In this document: positions 33,460-45,384 of the stretch, piece by piece
How positions within the stretch are numbered: the first letter of the stretch is position 1
How the letters are laid out: each line of letters begins with the position of its first letter
Translations under genes and position numbers: made by a program
Source: Azolla caroliniana
Lineage: Eukaryota; Plantae; Polypodiophyta
Reading direction: 5' to 3'
NCBI GenBank assembly: GCA_043228905.1
Contig: JBHGNT010000014.1
Location: forward strand, 5,270,001-5,334,000
DNA length: 64,000 nucleotides
The notes under the pieces: generated by a model
Databases searched by the model: none
The model's input: only the letters and a program-made list of their open reading frames with translations
Told to the model about the DNA's origin: nothing

Positions 33460-35870
33460 CCGAAGGAAGAAGGGCCACCCATTTTCCATTGCTACCGCTA
33501 ACAAGACATTGACGGTTTTCATCTTTGCGATCGGCGCAAACGTCTCATCGTAACCGATGTTGTGTTGTTGATGGTGTCATCGGCCCACCTGCATCCGATC
33601 AGCTTCACACCCTTGGGTGTGTCAACTAGGTCCCAAGTCTCATTCTCCGTTAGCGCGCACATCTCTTCCTCCATAGAGGCACGCCAATTCGTGTCCTTCA
33701 CTTCTTCTGTGTAGCTCTCCGCCACCTTGGACATATACACATAATGATGTGCCATATAGTCGTTGTATCCACACCAGATTATGGAATTGTTATTGCGACT
33801 GGATCGGCACAACTTCTAGTTGGCTTATTCGAACCTCGTTTCCGGAGGATCCTCTTCGTTACGGGTCACGTCAGATTCACCCCGGTCCGACACACCAGCC
33901 TCTGTGTTGTACTCCGGCATCTTCATCTTTCCCTTTTCTTTGCGCGTAAACTATCTCCTCAGTTCATTACACAGTGACTACATGACCGAGTCTCCACTAC
34001 TCGTCGACTCCACATCTGATTGGTCGTTCCGACTTAGTCCCTGATTCGGCCCACTTAGCCGAAATGAGATCAAACTCTCTTCTCTCTGACTCTTCTCCAT
34101 TCATGGGCATCTCGGCCTCACTGGCCTCATCCTGAGAATTTAGAATGGATTTGATGGGGGTTGGAGAAGGGGCCTAGTACCACGAGGTCAACTCGTCGAA
34201 TACGACATCTCAACTGACTCGGACTTGTTTCGTTCGGGGGTTATAACACTTATAACCCTTTCGGTCATCTGAGTAGCTGACCAAAATGCACTTCTCGGCC
34301 TTTGTGTCCATCTCCCTCCTCTTCTCTTTCGGTACATGCAATAGAACTTTGGCATATGCTTCTCCTGAAGCATTTCATTTGCCGCTTCCTCTATCATCTG
34401 ATTCTTCCTCTTGGCCACGCCATTTTGTTGGGGCGTGTACCTGCATGAGAATTACGTTGAATTCCTTCCTTCTGTAGATAGCATGTGAGAACTGGTCAAA
34501 AATATACTCTTTTCCACCATCGGTCCTGAGGCACTTGATCTTCCGGCATGTCTCCCATTCGGCAAGGCTCTTCACCTTCACTCTTCTTCTCGATCAAGCA
34601 TGTCGAGGTATGCCAAGTGTAGTCATCGATGAAGGCTCTTCACGTTCTACGCCGGTCTCCACAAATCCAAATGGATTAAATCGAGCTTGTTACAACTTCG
34701 ATTGCACATGTTGGGGAATGGAAGTTGGTGATGCTTCCCTAACAGGCAGACATCACAGACTTGGCCCTTTCGACCATTGAATTTCGGCAAGCCGAAAACG
34801 ATGTTCTTCTTCTACATTTCTTGAAGCCACGGGAAGTTGACGTGGTGGAACTGATTGTGCCATAATTCGATATCCGATTTGAGTTTCTACCCTTTCACGA
34901 ACATAGTGGTGCCTACGTTGTTTGTTTCAAGGATAAACATCCTCCCTTCTCAATGCCCTTGCGCAATAATCCAGCCTTCTTCTATGAAGCATCAGAGGTG
35001 AGTATATCGAACTTGGATGCCCTGGTCGACAATTTGTCTGACCGACACCAAGTTCTTGGTGATTTTTTGGCACATGCAAGACATTTCTCATGATGCCTCT
35101 CTAACCGACATGGCTTAGAGGGACATCTCTAATATGTTTAATGGGGTGAGGGGTGTCATCGCCACTTTGGACAACCCCTGACTTTTCCAGCTTCTCCAAC
35201 ATTGAGAACCACGCCTTGTGATTCTTCATATGGTTTCACGCTCTGGAATCCACATACCACACCTTGTTCGACTTTGACTTATTGACTGCCATCAAGTTGA
35301 CCTTGTGCTTCATTACAAAGGTTGGGCCCTCTTCAGCTCACCATAAACCTTTGGCGAAGTGCGATCTTTGACGCCTATCTATGTTCACTCGGCACGATCC
35401 AGCTATGTCCAAATCAGCGTGTTTCTTCCAGCACAATACCAACAGTCTGTCGCGGCCTTTCCTTGCTGGCTTCCGACACCACCTTGACTCCCCCTACTTG
35501 TGGAGGGTCCAAAATTGTTGTCGGCATTTCGATTATGCCTCTAGTTCTGCTCTTGTTGTTTGCCTCCAATGCCTCGTCCACCACGACCGCAAGGCCGATC
35601 TGCCTCCGTGTACAACATCTTGTTGTCAACGTGCATGCTTGTCGAAGAACTCATGTGGTTCTCTTCTGCGAACAACATCGATTGTAGCTCAGAAAACGAG
35701 GGTGTATTCTCTCTCGTGCTGACTGTCATTCGGAATGCTTCGAACTTTGACACCAACCCTCCGAGGCAGACATGTACCATCTCGTCTTCTTCAACCATCA
35801 CATTGATAGACCCGAGCAAGTTGCAGATCTCCTTGATCTTGGAGGTGTAATCAGCCACCAACATGAAGAG
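33460..35870 (-). mobile_element. Ty1/copia internal fragment (gag to start of RT), heavily decayed
   Basis: VADYTSKIKEICNLLGSIN (gag), KIKCLRTDGGKEY (integrase) and ENETWDLVD (RT); same family as 9343-22665. Confidence 0.85.
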
Positions 35871-35906
35871 AATCGAACTCGGCCACAACCGAGTTCCTAA
35901 TACCAA

Positions 35907-38105
35907 TGGAAAATTAACAGGAAATGAATCAATGCACTTACACACTCAAATGAGACAACACTGGATATTTTCGTGGAAAACCTCTAGAGGCAAAACCACG
36001 GGAGTTCTTAGACTCCAAACAGGATCACTATGAGGAGAGGTACTACAATGTGAGGTTCCGAAGCAATGACCTCGAGCTCTACCTTCGCCAACTGGTAGTT
36101 ACTACAGATACAAGTTCTCTCTCTCTCTCTCTCTCTCCCCTAAACTCCTTATCTTCCACACATCATCCCAAGTTAGAGCTAAGTCTCACCTAACTATCTC
36201 CCATAGCCCAGTTGAGGTGGTTGGATCATACATCTATCTCGGAGTCACTTTCAGTGCTCGCTCAGGTAAATTTTCGATGACACAGGCAACGAAGGATAGA
36301 CTTACGAGAGGACATGCATCCCTCTCACTCCTAGAGAGACAATGCCACCAAGCATACTTTCAAGAGCCACGGACTAAAGGGTGGCTCTTTGACTCATTAG
36401 TGACCCCCTCCCTCATGTATGCATCAGTGGTTTGGGCTCCAGGATTACCATCTTTCATGTCGACGCAATTAGAGAGACCATTGGTGATGATGTTATCACG
36501 CCAACTCCGAAGCAAATCGATAGTACCACATGACATTATTAGGGCTGAGTTCACGTTACCCCCAATGTTAGTAGAGGCACTTTTCCAACTTGTAGTCTTT
36601 ATTCAAAGGATACATAGCCAACCACATGATAGAATAGCTCATCAAGCCTTTAAGGCCTCTCGATCATTGTATGAGTTCGGCTATACTAGCTCATGGTATG
36701 GCATGATGGTGAGTTGGCTTCTTGCGAATGGTCTAGACATTAATAACCTACCTCCCCTTAGGTACAACCACACGATTGATAACAATTTAATCTCTCATGA
36801 GGACCGCAATAAAGTAATATGCCAAGAAATATGGCAAATTTACACTCGGTATAAATGGATCACCCCACGAGAGCCACTCCCATCTAAAATGTTGTACTAA
36901 AGGAACACTTCATGCACTTCTATGAGTTAGGTTTTATCACGCGACCAAAATATCTATAGATGTATTCTTACCACATGCACTAAGGGTTGCCATTGGACAA
37001 CTTAGAATATCATCTCACCAACTTGAGATTGAGAATGGTCGTACTAATGGAGTCCCTAGGGAGGAAAGGATATGTAGGTTATGTCACATAGAGATAGAGG
37101 ATGAGTATCACTTTACATGCAAGTGCCCAACCTACACCGAGATAAGGGCAAAATACCAAGACATACTTGGTTCCTCCCACCCTCCCCAAACTATTAGATA
37201 CTCTAGATATAAAGAAATTACGCAAATACATTTTAGAGCTAAAATAACACAGAGAGAATAAGTTACAAAATGTTGACAATAATGTTGCTAATATTCACCA
37301 ACATGTAACAAATGAAGTTTTTCAGGAACAAGGGGAGACAACGAATGTCGACACATCTGCACCAGTCACCCTTTCCCTTGATGAGGTAGAAAACCAAAGA
37401 AGAACTAAACGTCCTCGGGTGCCGAGTTTCAAAGCAACTCAACGTGGTGTGGAAGCAATAATGAAAATAAGGGAACGTGAACTACACCGCCTAGAAGCCA
37501 TGGCTAGGGCACTCTCTACATTGGAACCACGGGTCACACCCCACTTCTTTGACCCCCCACTTCTTTTCGAGAGGCTTGGGTGGAAACCCTTTGACCCCCC
37601 ACTTCTTTTCGAGTGGCTTGGGTGGAAATAAAATTAGGCATAGTGTAAAGTCACTTCCTTTATCGAGTATAACACGTATTGTACACTCCTAGAACTCTTT
37701 TAGCTTAAGTTCTATGTTTACTTTATTTTATTTTAGTTATGATGACTAGATAAATACTCATTTTGTTGTAAACCAATTGTCTCATGGGCCAATTTTGGCC
37801 TTAGAAGATGTTAATATATCTTTCTTTCTTTCTTTCTTTCTCTCTTTGTACAACAACAAGAATGATCACACACATTACAATTATTTCCCTAGTTATATTT
37901 ATACTTATATAACTTTAGGGTTATTTACAAATATGACTTCAATAGTCACATCGGAACATATTTACTAATATGTCTAGTCGGATACCTTCCAGATCCATCC
38001 GATCCGGTTTCCGAAATCTTTCCGAATCCATTTGCCTTCGACTCATTCGATCTGGCTCGTCTGGTTCTCATCTAAATCCCATCCAGAGGAACCGGTTTCC
38101 CAACA
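35907..38105 (-). repeat. Copia LTR interrupted by a LINE
   Basis: Bounded by a PPT (plus-strand CCCCCTT at about 38110) and a PBS-like TGGTATTAGG at about 35905(-); the (CT)n tract is split by the LINE. Confidence 0.55.
36138..37840 (+). mobile_element. 5'-truncated non-LTR retrotransposon (RTE-X-like ORF2 3' end) with a (CTTT)n tail
   Basis: YIYLGVTF (RT thumb); LRISSHQLEIENGR...RICRLC...EDEYHFTCKC CCHC-type motif at about 37000-37125; TCTT repeats at 37818-37840. Clade assignment is tentative. Confidence 0.7.
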
Positions 38106-39990
38106 AACACCCCCTTCACTCCGGCATAGGATGTCATGTCAACCTGATCAGTCTCCGGCACACGTCCAGCTTCTCAACTGACAACACCTTGGTCAGCATG
38201 TCCGACCCGTTCTCCTCCGTGTGGATCTTCGTTAGCAAAAAAAAATTGTCTTCTACCTTCTCTTGGAGCCAATAATATCTCATCTGGATGTGATTGGTCT
38301 AGGAGTGGTAGGCCGCATTCTTTGCAAGGTGGATGGAGCTTTGATTGTCATAGTAGAGCCAGAATTCCTCCTATCAAATCCCTAACTCTCCGAAGAATTC
38401 TCTCATCAAGATTACATCATTGTCGGCTTCTACAACCGCCATGTATTCCGCTTCCATTGTCGACAATGCCACCAATTTCTGCATTCTTGATTGCCATGAT
38501 ACCGCTCCCGCTGCATAGGTCATGATGATCCAGGCGTGGACCGACTCATATCTACATCAACCAATATGTCCAAATCCGTAAAGCCTTCCAGTAGGGGTTT
38601 ATCGGAACCAAACTTGAGGCACATGTTCGAGGTGCCTTCCATGTACGGGAGGCAGATGTTCAAGGTGCCTTTCAAGTACCGACGGATCCACTTGACGGTG
38701 GCCAAGTGCTCTCTTCTCGAATTGCTCATGGACTAGCTGACCACTCCGACTGCATATCTGATATCCGGTCGTGTACACATCATGTCTTACATTAGGCTTC
38801 TGACTGCAGAGGCATTCAGTATCTTGATCATTTCGGATTTCTCTACATTTGTCTTCGGGCGTTGCTTTTCGGACAGCTTGCTATTTGTCGAAAGTGTCAA
38901 CCCAACCGACTTCACATCCGTCATGTTGAACCGTTGGAGCACCTTCATCACGTACTTCTCCTGTGGCAGCCACAATAGCTTCTTTGTCTGGTCCCGAACT
39001 ATGTGCATCCCCAGTATCTATCTCGTCGAACCCAAATATTTCATTGAGAAGGAACGGTTCAAAGCTTTCTTCAGCATTCCAATTTTGATACAGTCTCATC
39101 CGACGATAAGCATGTCGTCCACGTACAATAGGAGTATTAGAAAATCTCCTTCGTCGAACTTCTTCACGAACACACAGTGGTCGACCTCCGTCTTGTGGTA
39201 TCCTTGGTCGGTCATGACGGAATCGAACTTCCAGTACCATTGCCAGGGAGCTTGCTTCAGTCCGTATTTAAGCTCTTCTTCAACCGGCACACCAGGTTCT
39301 CCTTCCCTTTCTTTACGAATCCCTCCGGTTGTTGCATGTAGATCTCCTCCCCGAGGTCATCGTGTAAGAACGTTGTCTTGATGTCTAGCTGCTTGACCTC
39401 GAGGTCCATGCTTGCCGCTATGCTCAACACAGTTCGAATGGATGTCATTTTCACTACTGGGGCAAAGATCTCATCGAAATCCACCCCTTTTCCCTACTGG
39501 AAGCCCTTCACCACAATGTGAGCTTTGTATCTTAGTAGATTTCCAACGTCACCCGATTTCAACTTGTACACCCACTTGTTCCGAAGCGCTCTCTTTCCTT
39601 TTGACAGCTCCATCAATTTATGTGTGGTTCTCATGTAGGGAATCCATCTCATATTGCATGGCAGTTAACCACTTCCGGCAATGAGTGTCTTCCTTTGCTG
39701 CTTCGAAGCTTTCCGGCTCTTCCTCATCGATCAGTAAAACATGCCCTGCATCTGTAAATCTCCAAGGGGCTCTTCTCTCTCTTAGAGGGTATCTACGTCC
39801 TTGACTTTCGGTCACCGGTTCTTCAGTCAGTTCTTCATCCGAATCTGATTCGGGGTCTTGTTCGGTTCTGGCGTCCGATCCTTCTTCGGTCGGTTCGGTT
39901 CTTTGTCCGAATCCGAACGGTTTAGTGGATACTATCTTCTTCTCTTATTCCCAATCGGCGATGGTCTTGTCTTCCATAAAGACTATGTTC
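38106..39990 (-). mobile_element. Ty1/copia RT-RNase H fragment (third family), decayed
   Basis: EPESFEAA, FDEIFAPVVKMTSIR, YGLKQAP and LLYVDDML motifs. Confidence 0.85.
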
Positions 39991-39994
39991 CTAC

Positions 39995-40759
39995 TGTGGA
40001 TTTACAAAAATATTGTCTATGAAAAAACTTGTTACGTGCCGAGGAAGGACTGGTCTGGTTGACTCTCCCTCTACAGAAGTGGTGGGGGAGTTTGTATGTA
40101 AGATTGTCCCTCCTTGTGGAGGAGTCGACTGAAAATCCGTAACGAGAGTCGGCTTGCCGAAATCGGCGGAAAAGCCGAAATGGGATTTGGTCGAATAGAA
40201 GTTCAAATGAATATATATATATATATTCATATATGTGTGTGTGAGATAAGTTAGTATATATTGAGAGAGTTGTATTAGCTGCATATGTATGTGGGATAAC
40301 TCACTGAGTGTATAACAGTGAGAGAAGCGCGAAAGTGAAGCTTGTGTGTGAGCGCACGAGAAAGAGAACGCGATGCAGTGAAGAAGAACAAGACGTGTGC
40401 TAACACAGTCGTGGTTGTGAGATAGCTCTGCACCTAAGTGTGCAAGGAAGCTAGAATAGAAGGGTGAAATGGAGAAGCGAGAGAGAGATAGAGATAAAAC
40501 AAAGAAACTCTAAAAGCTTCGAAAGAGGGAAACAGTCCTCGGCTAAAATTGTGGTTTCAGACAACCTGTGAGTACATTCATACTCAATCAGGTTATATCG
40601 TTCTATGCTTGTATTTTTCTACGTCTCATAATGGAAATCTTTGTTCACCATGGTTTTTCCCTGGAATTAGGGTTTTCCACGTAAAATTGTGTGTTGCTTG
40701 TCTCGTTTATTTGTGTCTCTGTATATCTGTTGTGTTACATCTGAGTACAAAATTCATCA
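39995..40759 (+). repeat. Probable solo LTR
   Basis: TG...CA-bounded, with TGGTTTTTCCC...GGTTTTCCACGTAAA shared with the LTRs at 41746 and 35907 (reverse). No TSD found. Confidence 0.45.
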
Positions 40760-41457
40760 GTCCCCCATGTTCTGTGCAGACCACTTCCTAGAACTTAGCT
40801 CCCGTCTGGTTCCTACATTGCCCACCTTGGATATGTAGAATTCCCCTCATGTTGGCAGAGAGTAGTGAAAAATCTAGGGAAATAGAGGTAAACCGGAGGT
40901 GGGGGAAACCGGTTGTCTTAGGGAGGGAGGAAAATGGGAAAATGATTCAGAGTTTAGGGTTAGGGTAAGGGGTTTCAGGTTCGGGGAGATTCCCTTCTAA
41001 GAGTTTCTTGGCAGAAGAACTAGTAACTAAAGAAGAAGAAGGCTCAAGCCGACTTTTGGAGCTTCTGCAATGAGCTTGGTTATGGGAGATCCTATGTTCG
41101 GAGGTCGCCATGAATCCTTGAGAGAGACACAAAAACTGAAACATGCAGACAAAGAAGGAAGGAGGGACAAATCAGCAATAGGGGCACACCGAGATTCTTA
41201 ACACACGCACACAAATCGAAGAAGAAGAACAATGATAGAGAGGGAGGGAGACTTCCTCTCAAGGGAGTAGTGTGGAGATCTCTATCACATGCTAGGTCTC
41301 ATACGGAGAATCCATGCACAAATCACATGCTAGTGCGGACAAACACAGAGAGGGAGACAGTGACTTCTTCTCAAGGGAAGGTCGGTTGTCCAGGCATGCC
41401 AGTGTTAATGGGTGGGGGGTGGAGCCACCCCCCTCCCAAGGGGGTTACGTGTGAGGA

Positions 41458-41488
<31 letters not shown>

Positions 41489-41745
41489 AAGATAAATAAG
41501 AAATGACACCAAATGAGAGGGGAAAAAATCTATATTCATTACATACCCCATAGGGGGTTTATATAGTACATCATATGACAGTTACATAATATGACCGTTC
41601 CAAAAGACCATTAGATTCTTGTACACATGCACATAATTTTGCATATGTTCACACACATATTTATCCTCACTCACTCGTATACATTACACATATACATTAC
41701 CCTTATACCACCTCGTACACTCCTACAGGTAACACATGACATGCC

Positions 41746-42294
41746 TGTTGGAGAGATAAGACAAATCGGTTAGAAGCAAGGTCGAGGCCGAAAACTTAAT
41801 TGATTCCCAATTCGAACGAGGCCGAATTGGAGTAATAATTGATTAATTTCGGCAAATAGCCGAATCGGTCAAAACCGACTCAGGGCTATATTTGGAAATA
41901 GCCTCAGCATGCCCTTAGTGGGCTATATTTATTGTAAATAGCCCATATTGTGTATTAGTATAAATACACTTAGGGAAAATCATTATATGGTATGAATCAT
42001 TAGTGTGCATTAGTGAGTAATTAGTGTGTGAGAGAGCGAATGAGAGAGTTGCAACTCTCCAGCTGTCTATAGACGAAGAAGAGCTTGAGGTTGTTACCTT
42101 AGAGTCTTTTAGTGTATTCCCCTCGATATAGTGATTCTATTCGGAGTTTGTGGGCTCCCGTGGTTTTTCCCATTTCAAGGTTTCCACGTTAATATCTTGT
42201 GTCTCTATATCAGTTCATCATTTTCTGTTATTTCAATTTTCTGTCTTTCTCATTTGTGTTTGGCAATCTGTTGTGGCCAATTCCATATTCAACA
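41746..42294 (+). repeat. Probable solo LTR
   Basis: TGTTGG...TTCAACA ends, a TATAAATA motif and CCCGTGGTTTTTCCC...TTTCCACGT. No TSD found. Confidence 0.5.
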
Positions 42295-43512
42295 ATTACT
42301 TGGCATTACCATCCTTGCAAAGCTACTCAATTGCCTCACCTCCATTTTAGCCTCCAAGTAACAAGAGATGTCTTTTCCATTATATGTTATGGGATACAAG
42401 TTGTAAGAGTTCGAGATGGGTGCGTATAGACACGTGACAGATTGCAACTCCATGACGACCCTAGGGATGTTGTGCACAAAAACCCACATGCACCATTAGA
42501 ACATGATTTGACTAGTTTCATGGCATTGGTTGCTCTAAAGAGAAAGTGTGCCCATAACATTATTGATTGAATGAAAGTGGTATCATGAAATGTGAGAGGT
42601 TCATGTTAGTTAATTATGTTGCCCAGAGAAGTACAACTGAAAGATTGTGTATCCGGAAGATAGTCCAGAAAGAGTGTGAATACGTTCACGTTCACAAGTG
42701 GAAGGATCGTGCATTCCACTTGTTGATTCTTCTTCAAAATATCCAAATATAACCTCTTTACAAAATTTGGATGCACTTGTATCACATGCTCCACAACTTG
42801 ATTAGAATTTGCAAATATAGAAATACATTATAGGTCTACGAGTGGAGAACATTAGAAATTCAACTAAGTTTGGATGTGCTCATAAGTTAATGCCATTATA
42901 ATAAAGTTCAATAATGGCTGAATATCTCATTATTGTGCGACATGTCAAACACTCAGTTAAAGACTTTTATTTTTTTGGTAAGTTTTGCAAATATATGAGG
43001 TGTACTTGTAACCAAACTAATAAAATGAGTTATAATTTATACTTTGACCCACACTCGTATGTATATAATTGTGGACAATGTAGGATAGTGAACTTTAGGA
43101 TAATGTGATTGGAATAACAAACTTACTAAGGTATTCAATACTTGTATTTATAGTTGATCTAAGGGTCAAAGCATGCTACGGTGTACCAACTTTTGGCCAA
43201 AAATTTAGTACTAAATCGAGGAAGAAAATAAACATAAAAAATTGAAAATAAAACAATTAGTGCAGAAAATAGTGGATTATCATCCATTGAATGAGGTTCA
43301 AATTCAATACGAATGTACAAAGATATTATACGTCACAATCGAAGTGTCCCAAGGCCGTATTTAATACATTACTATAACTTTATTCTCCTGAGTTGTACGA
43401 AAGCAGACCTGGAGAAGGTTTCGAATGTGTTAGTTGGTCAGTCTCTCTCTCTCTCTCTCTCTCTCTGGTATGGGTAGTTGAACGTGTCAGTTGGTCGTCG
43501 AACGTGTCAGTT

Positions 43513-43546
<34 letters not shown>

Positions 43547-44019
43547 GTCTCAAAGTTGTCATTCAGATAGTGGCAGAAAGTTAGAAATCAAACACATATC
43601 TATTACCTATCTCTCTCTTTCTCTCTTGCTCTCTCTCACTCCACCTTCGATTCTTTGTTTCCCCGCGTAATTCTTGTTGTGTTCCCTCTGTGCCTGATTT
43701 TTGTTGTTGTTTCCCTATGATCTCTGAACTCTGTATATCCAGAGATTGTTGTTTCCCCTCTACTAACGTTATTCTTGTTGTTGATGTGCTTTCTCTGTGT
43801 ATGCTCGTTTGTCTCCTCTGTGTATACTCGTTTGTCTCCTCTGCAGTAGCCTCATCAACAACCTCTTGCATATAGGTGATTTTCTTGGCTTGGTGTGCTC
43901 CCAAGGTGAAGAAATCAACATGGTGTGGTACCTCTGCCTTGACCTTGGCTCCATCTGCCTTCGACCCATCGTTCCATTTGCAACTTGTACGACCTCCAGG
44001 TATTCTCTGTGCTGCATTT

Positions 44020-44300
44020 TTAGGGTTTGATTATTCATATTCTATGTGTTGCATGCCCAACTGGTATGTTTTTTTGTTTTCTTTGTGTTTGTTGTCTGTC
44101 TGTTTTTATTTTGTGTTTGTTTGACATGGATGAGTTTTTTTCCGACTGTTTAGGGTTTGATTATTCATATTCTATGTGTTGCATGCCCAACTGGTATGTT
44201 TTCGTTTTCTTTGTGTTTCCTATCCGTCTGTTTTTATTTTGTGTGTTTGACATGGATGAGTTTTTTTTCGACTGTTTAGGGTTTTTGTGTGTTTGACATG
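44020..44300. repeat. About 128-bp tandem repeat (two full units plus a partial)
   Basis: TTTAGGGTTTGATTATTCATATTCTATGTGTTGCATGCCCAACTGG at about 44019 and 44149; partial unit at 44276. Confidence 0.75.
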
Positions 44301-44466
44301 GCTTGTACATGCAACTTAGATTGAGTTGGCTATGATGATTTGTTGGTTGTTGATGGTATTTTGATGAGTTTTCTTCTTGTACATGCATATTCTTTCAACA
44401 AGAATAGTGAAGACTAGGACAATGACGAGAAGGACACCCATAAAGAAGACATTGGTGAAATAGAAA

Positions 44467-45132
44467 GTGAAGACACTAGTGAAGGAAAGAAAAAGGACAC
44501 CTATCAAAGAAAGCAAGAAGACACCCACAAGAGAAAGGGTGATGAACTCATCAACTCAAAGAAAGAAGATGTGCCACTCCATTCGAGACACACCTCTCGG
44601 ATGGCGTTATTTCCTTCGAGCACGACCTGAAGTTTATGAAGAGCTGAGAGAGTGGTTGATAAAAACCTGGGGGTCACCACATCCTGATACAAGGCGAGGA
44701 TTCCACATAAGTGGATTGAAGAAGGAATATGTGAACTTATTGAAGATGAGATATGAACATCTTTATGATACTAATCAAATCTGTAACAATGAGGTGGGTA
44801 CTGTTTTTGCACGTGCATTTACATGTGAAGTTCAGGGTGGCATCGATGTAGATTGGGAAGATTTTAATCGTCACCGATCAGAACATTATAAAGGGTCCTC
44901 CAGTACCAACACTGGCTTGAAGTCATCAAGAACCACTCATGTGGATATTCCGGCTACAACACCTGTCCACCAAGTTCAATCTGCAAAGCTACAGGTCACA
45001 ATGACTGAAAAGCATGAACAGATGATGGCCGGTTGCATAGCTTCTATGAGCTCAAGAATACAAGCACTACTTGTTGATTTGGAAGCAGTTAAATCAGCTG
45101 AGATACAAGCAGAAAAGCATTCTCTTCAATAA
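44467..45132 (+). CDS. Uncharacterised accessory ORF of the Sola2-like element (221 aa; may extend past the TAA)
   Basis: Open frame with a globular-looking core (GWRYFLRARPEVY...NNEVGTVFARAF...VDWEDF) and a coiled-coil-like tail; convergent with the transposase. Confidence 0.5.
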   Translation: MKTLVKERKRTPIKESKKTPTRERVMNSSTQRKKMCHSIRDTPLGWRYFLRARPEVYEELREWLIKTWGSPHPDTRRGFHISGLKKEYVNLLKMRYEHLYDTNQICNNEVGTVFARAFTCEVQGGIDVDWEDFNRHRSEHYKGSSSTNTGLKSSRTTHVDIPATTPVHQVQSAKLQVTMTEKHEQMMAGCIASMSSRIQALLVDLEAVKSAEIQAEKHSLQ

Positions 45133-45384
45133 AGACTACATATGAATGGATTGCATCGACAATCCAAAATTCAGAAAGTAAGGTGTTGAAAGAGGAGTTG
45201 AAGAAAGAGCTGAACATGAACACTTTCAAAACAAGCTCAATAAATACTCTAAACACTTTCGAAGAAAGACGAAATATATCGATTCATTTGTCAATCATCA
45301 AAAATAATATATCAATACATCAAATAATGAACTACAAGCAGATGTTTTTCAGTTGCCAACTACAATGTATTAATAGGGTAACAT

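Larger units (their letters stand above)
23512..33460 (+). mobile_element. Non-chromovirus gypsy-like (Tat/Athila-type) element: LTR, PBS and accessory ORFs, with no pol visible; split by the insertion at 26685-32714
   Basis: LTR-like segment ending GGTTAACA (23994) followed by the PBS-like TGGCACGCCGA (24000). Broken ORFs at 24763-26034 with a KVNWG motif and Pro-rich stretch; coiled-coil ORFs at 32852-33460. Confidence 0.45.

Noticed and set aside
44019-44285. Interstitial telomeric TTTAGGG
   Set aside because: Single isolated heptamers inside a longer tandem unit, not a telomeric tract.
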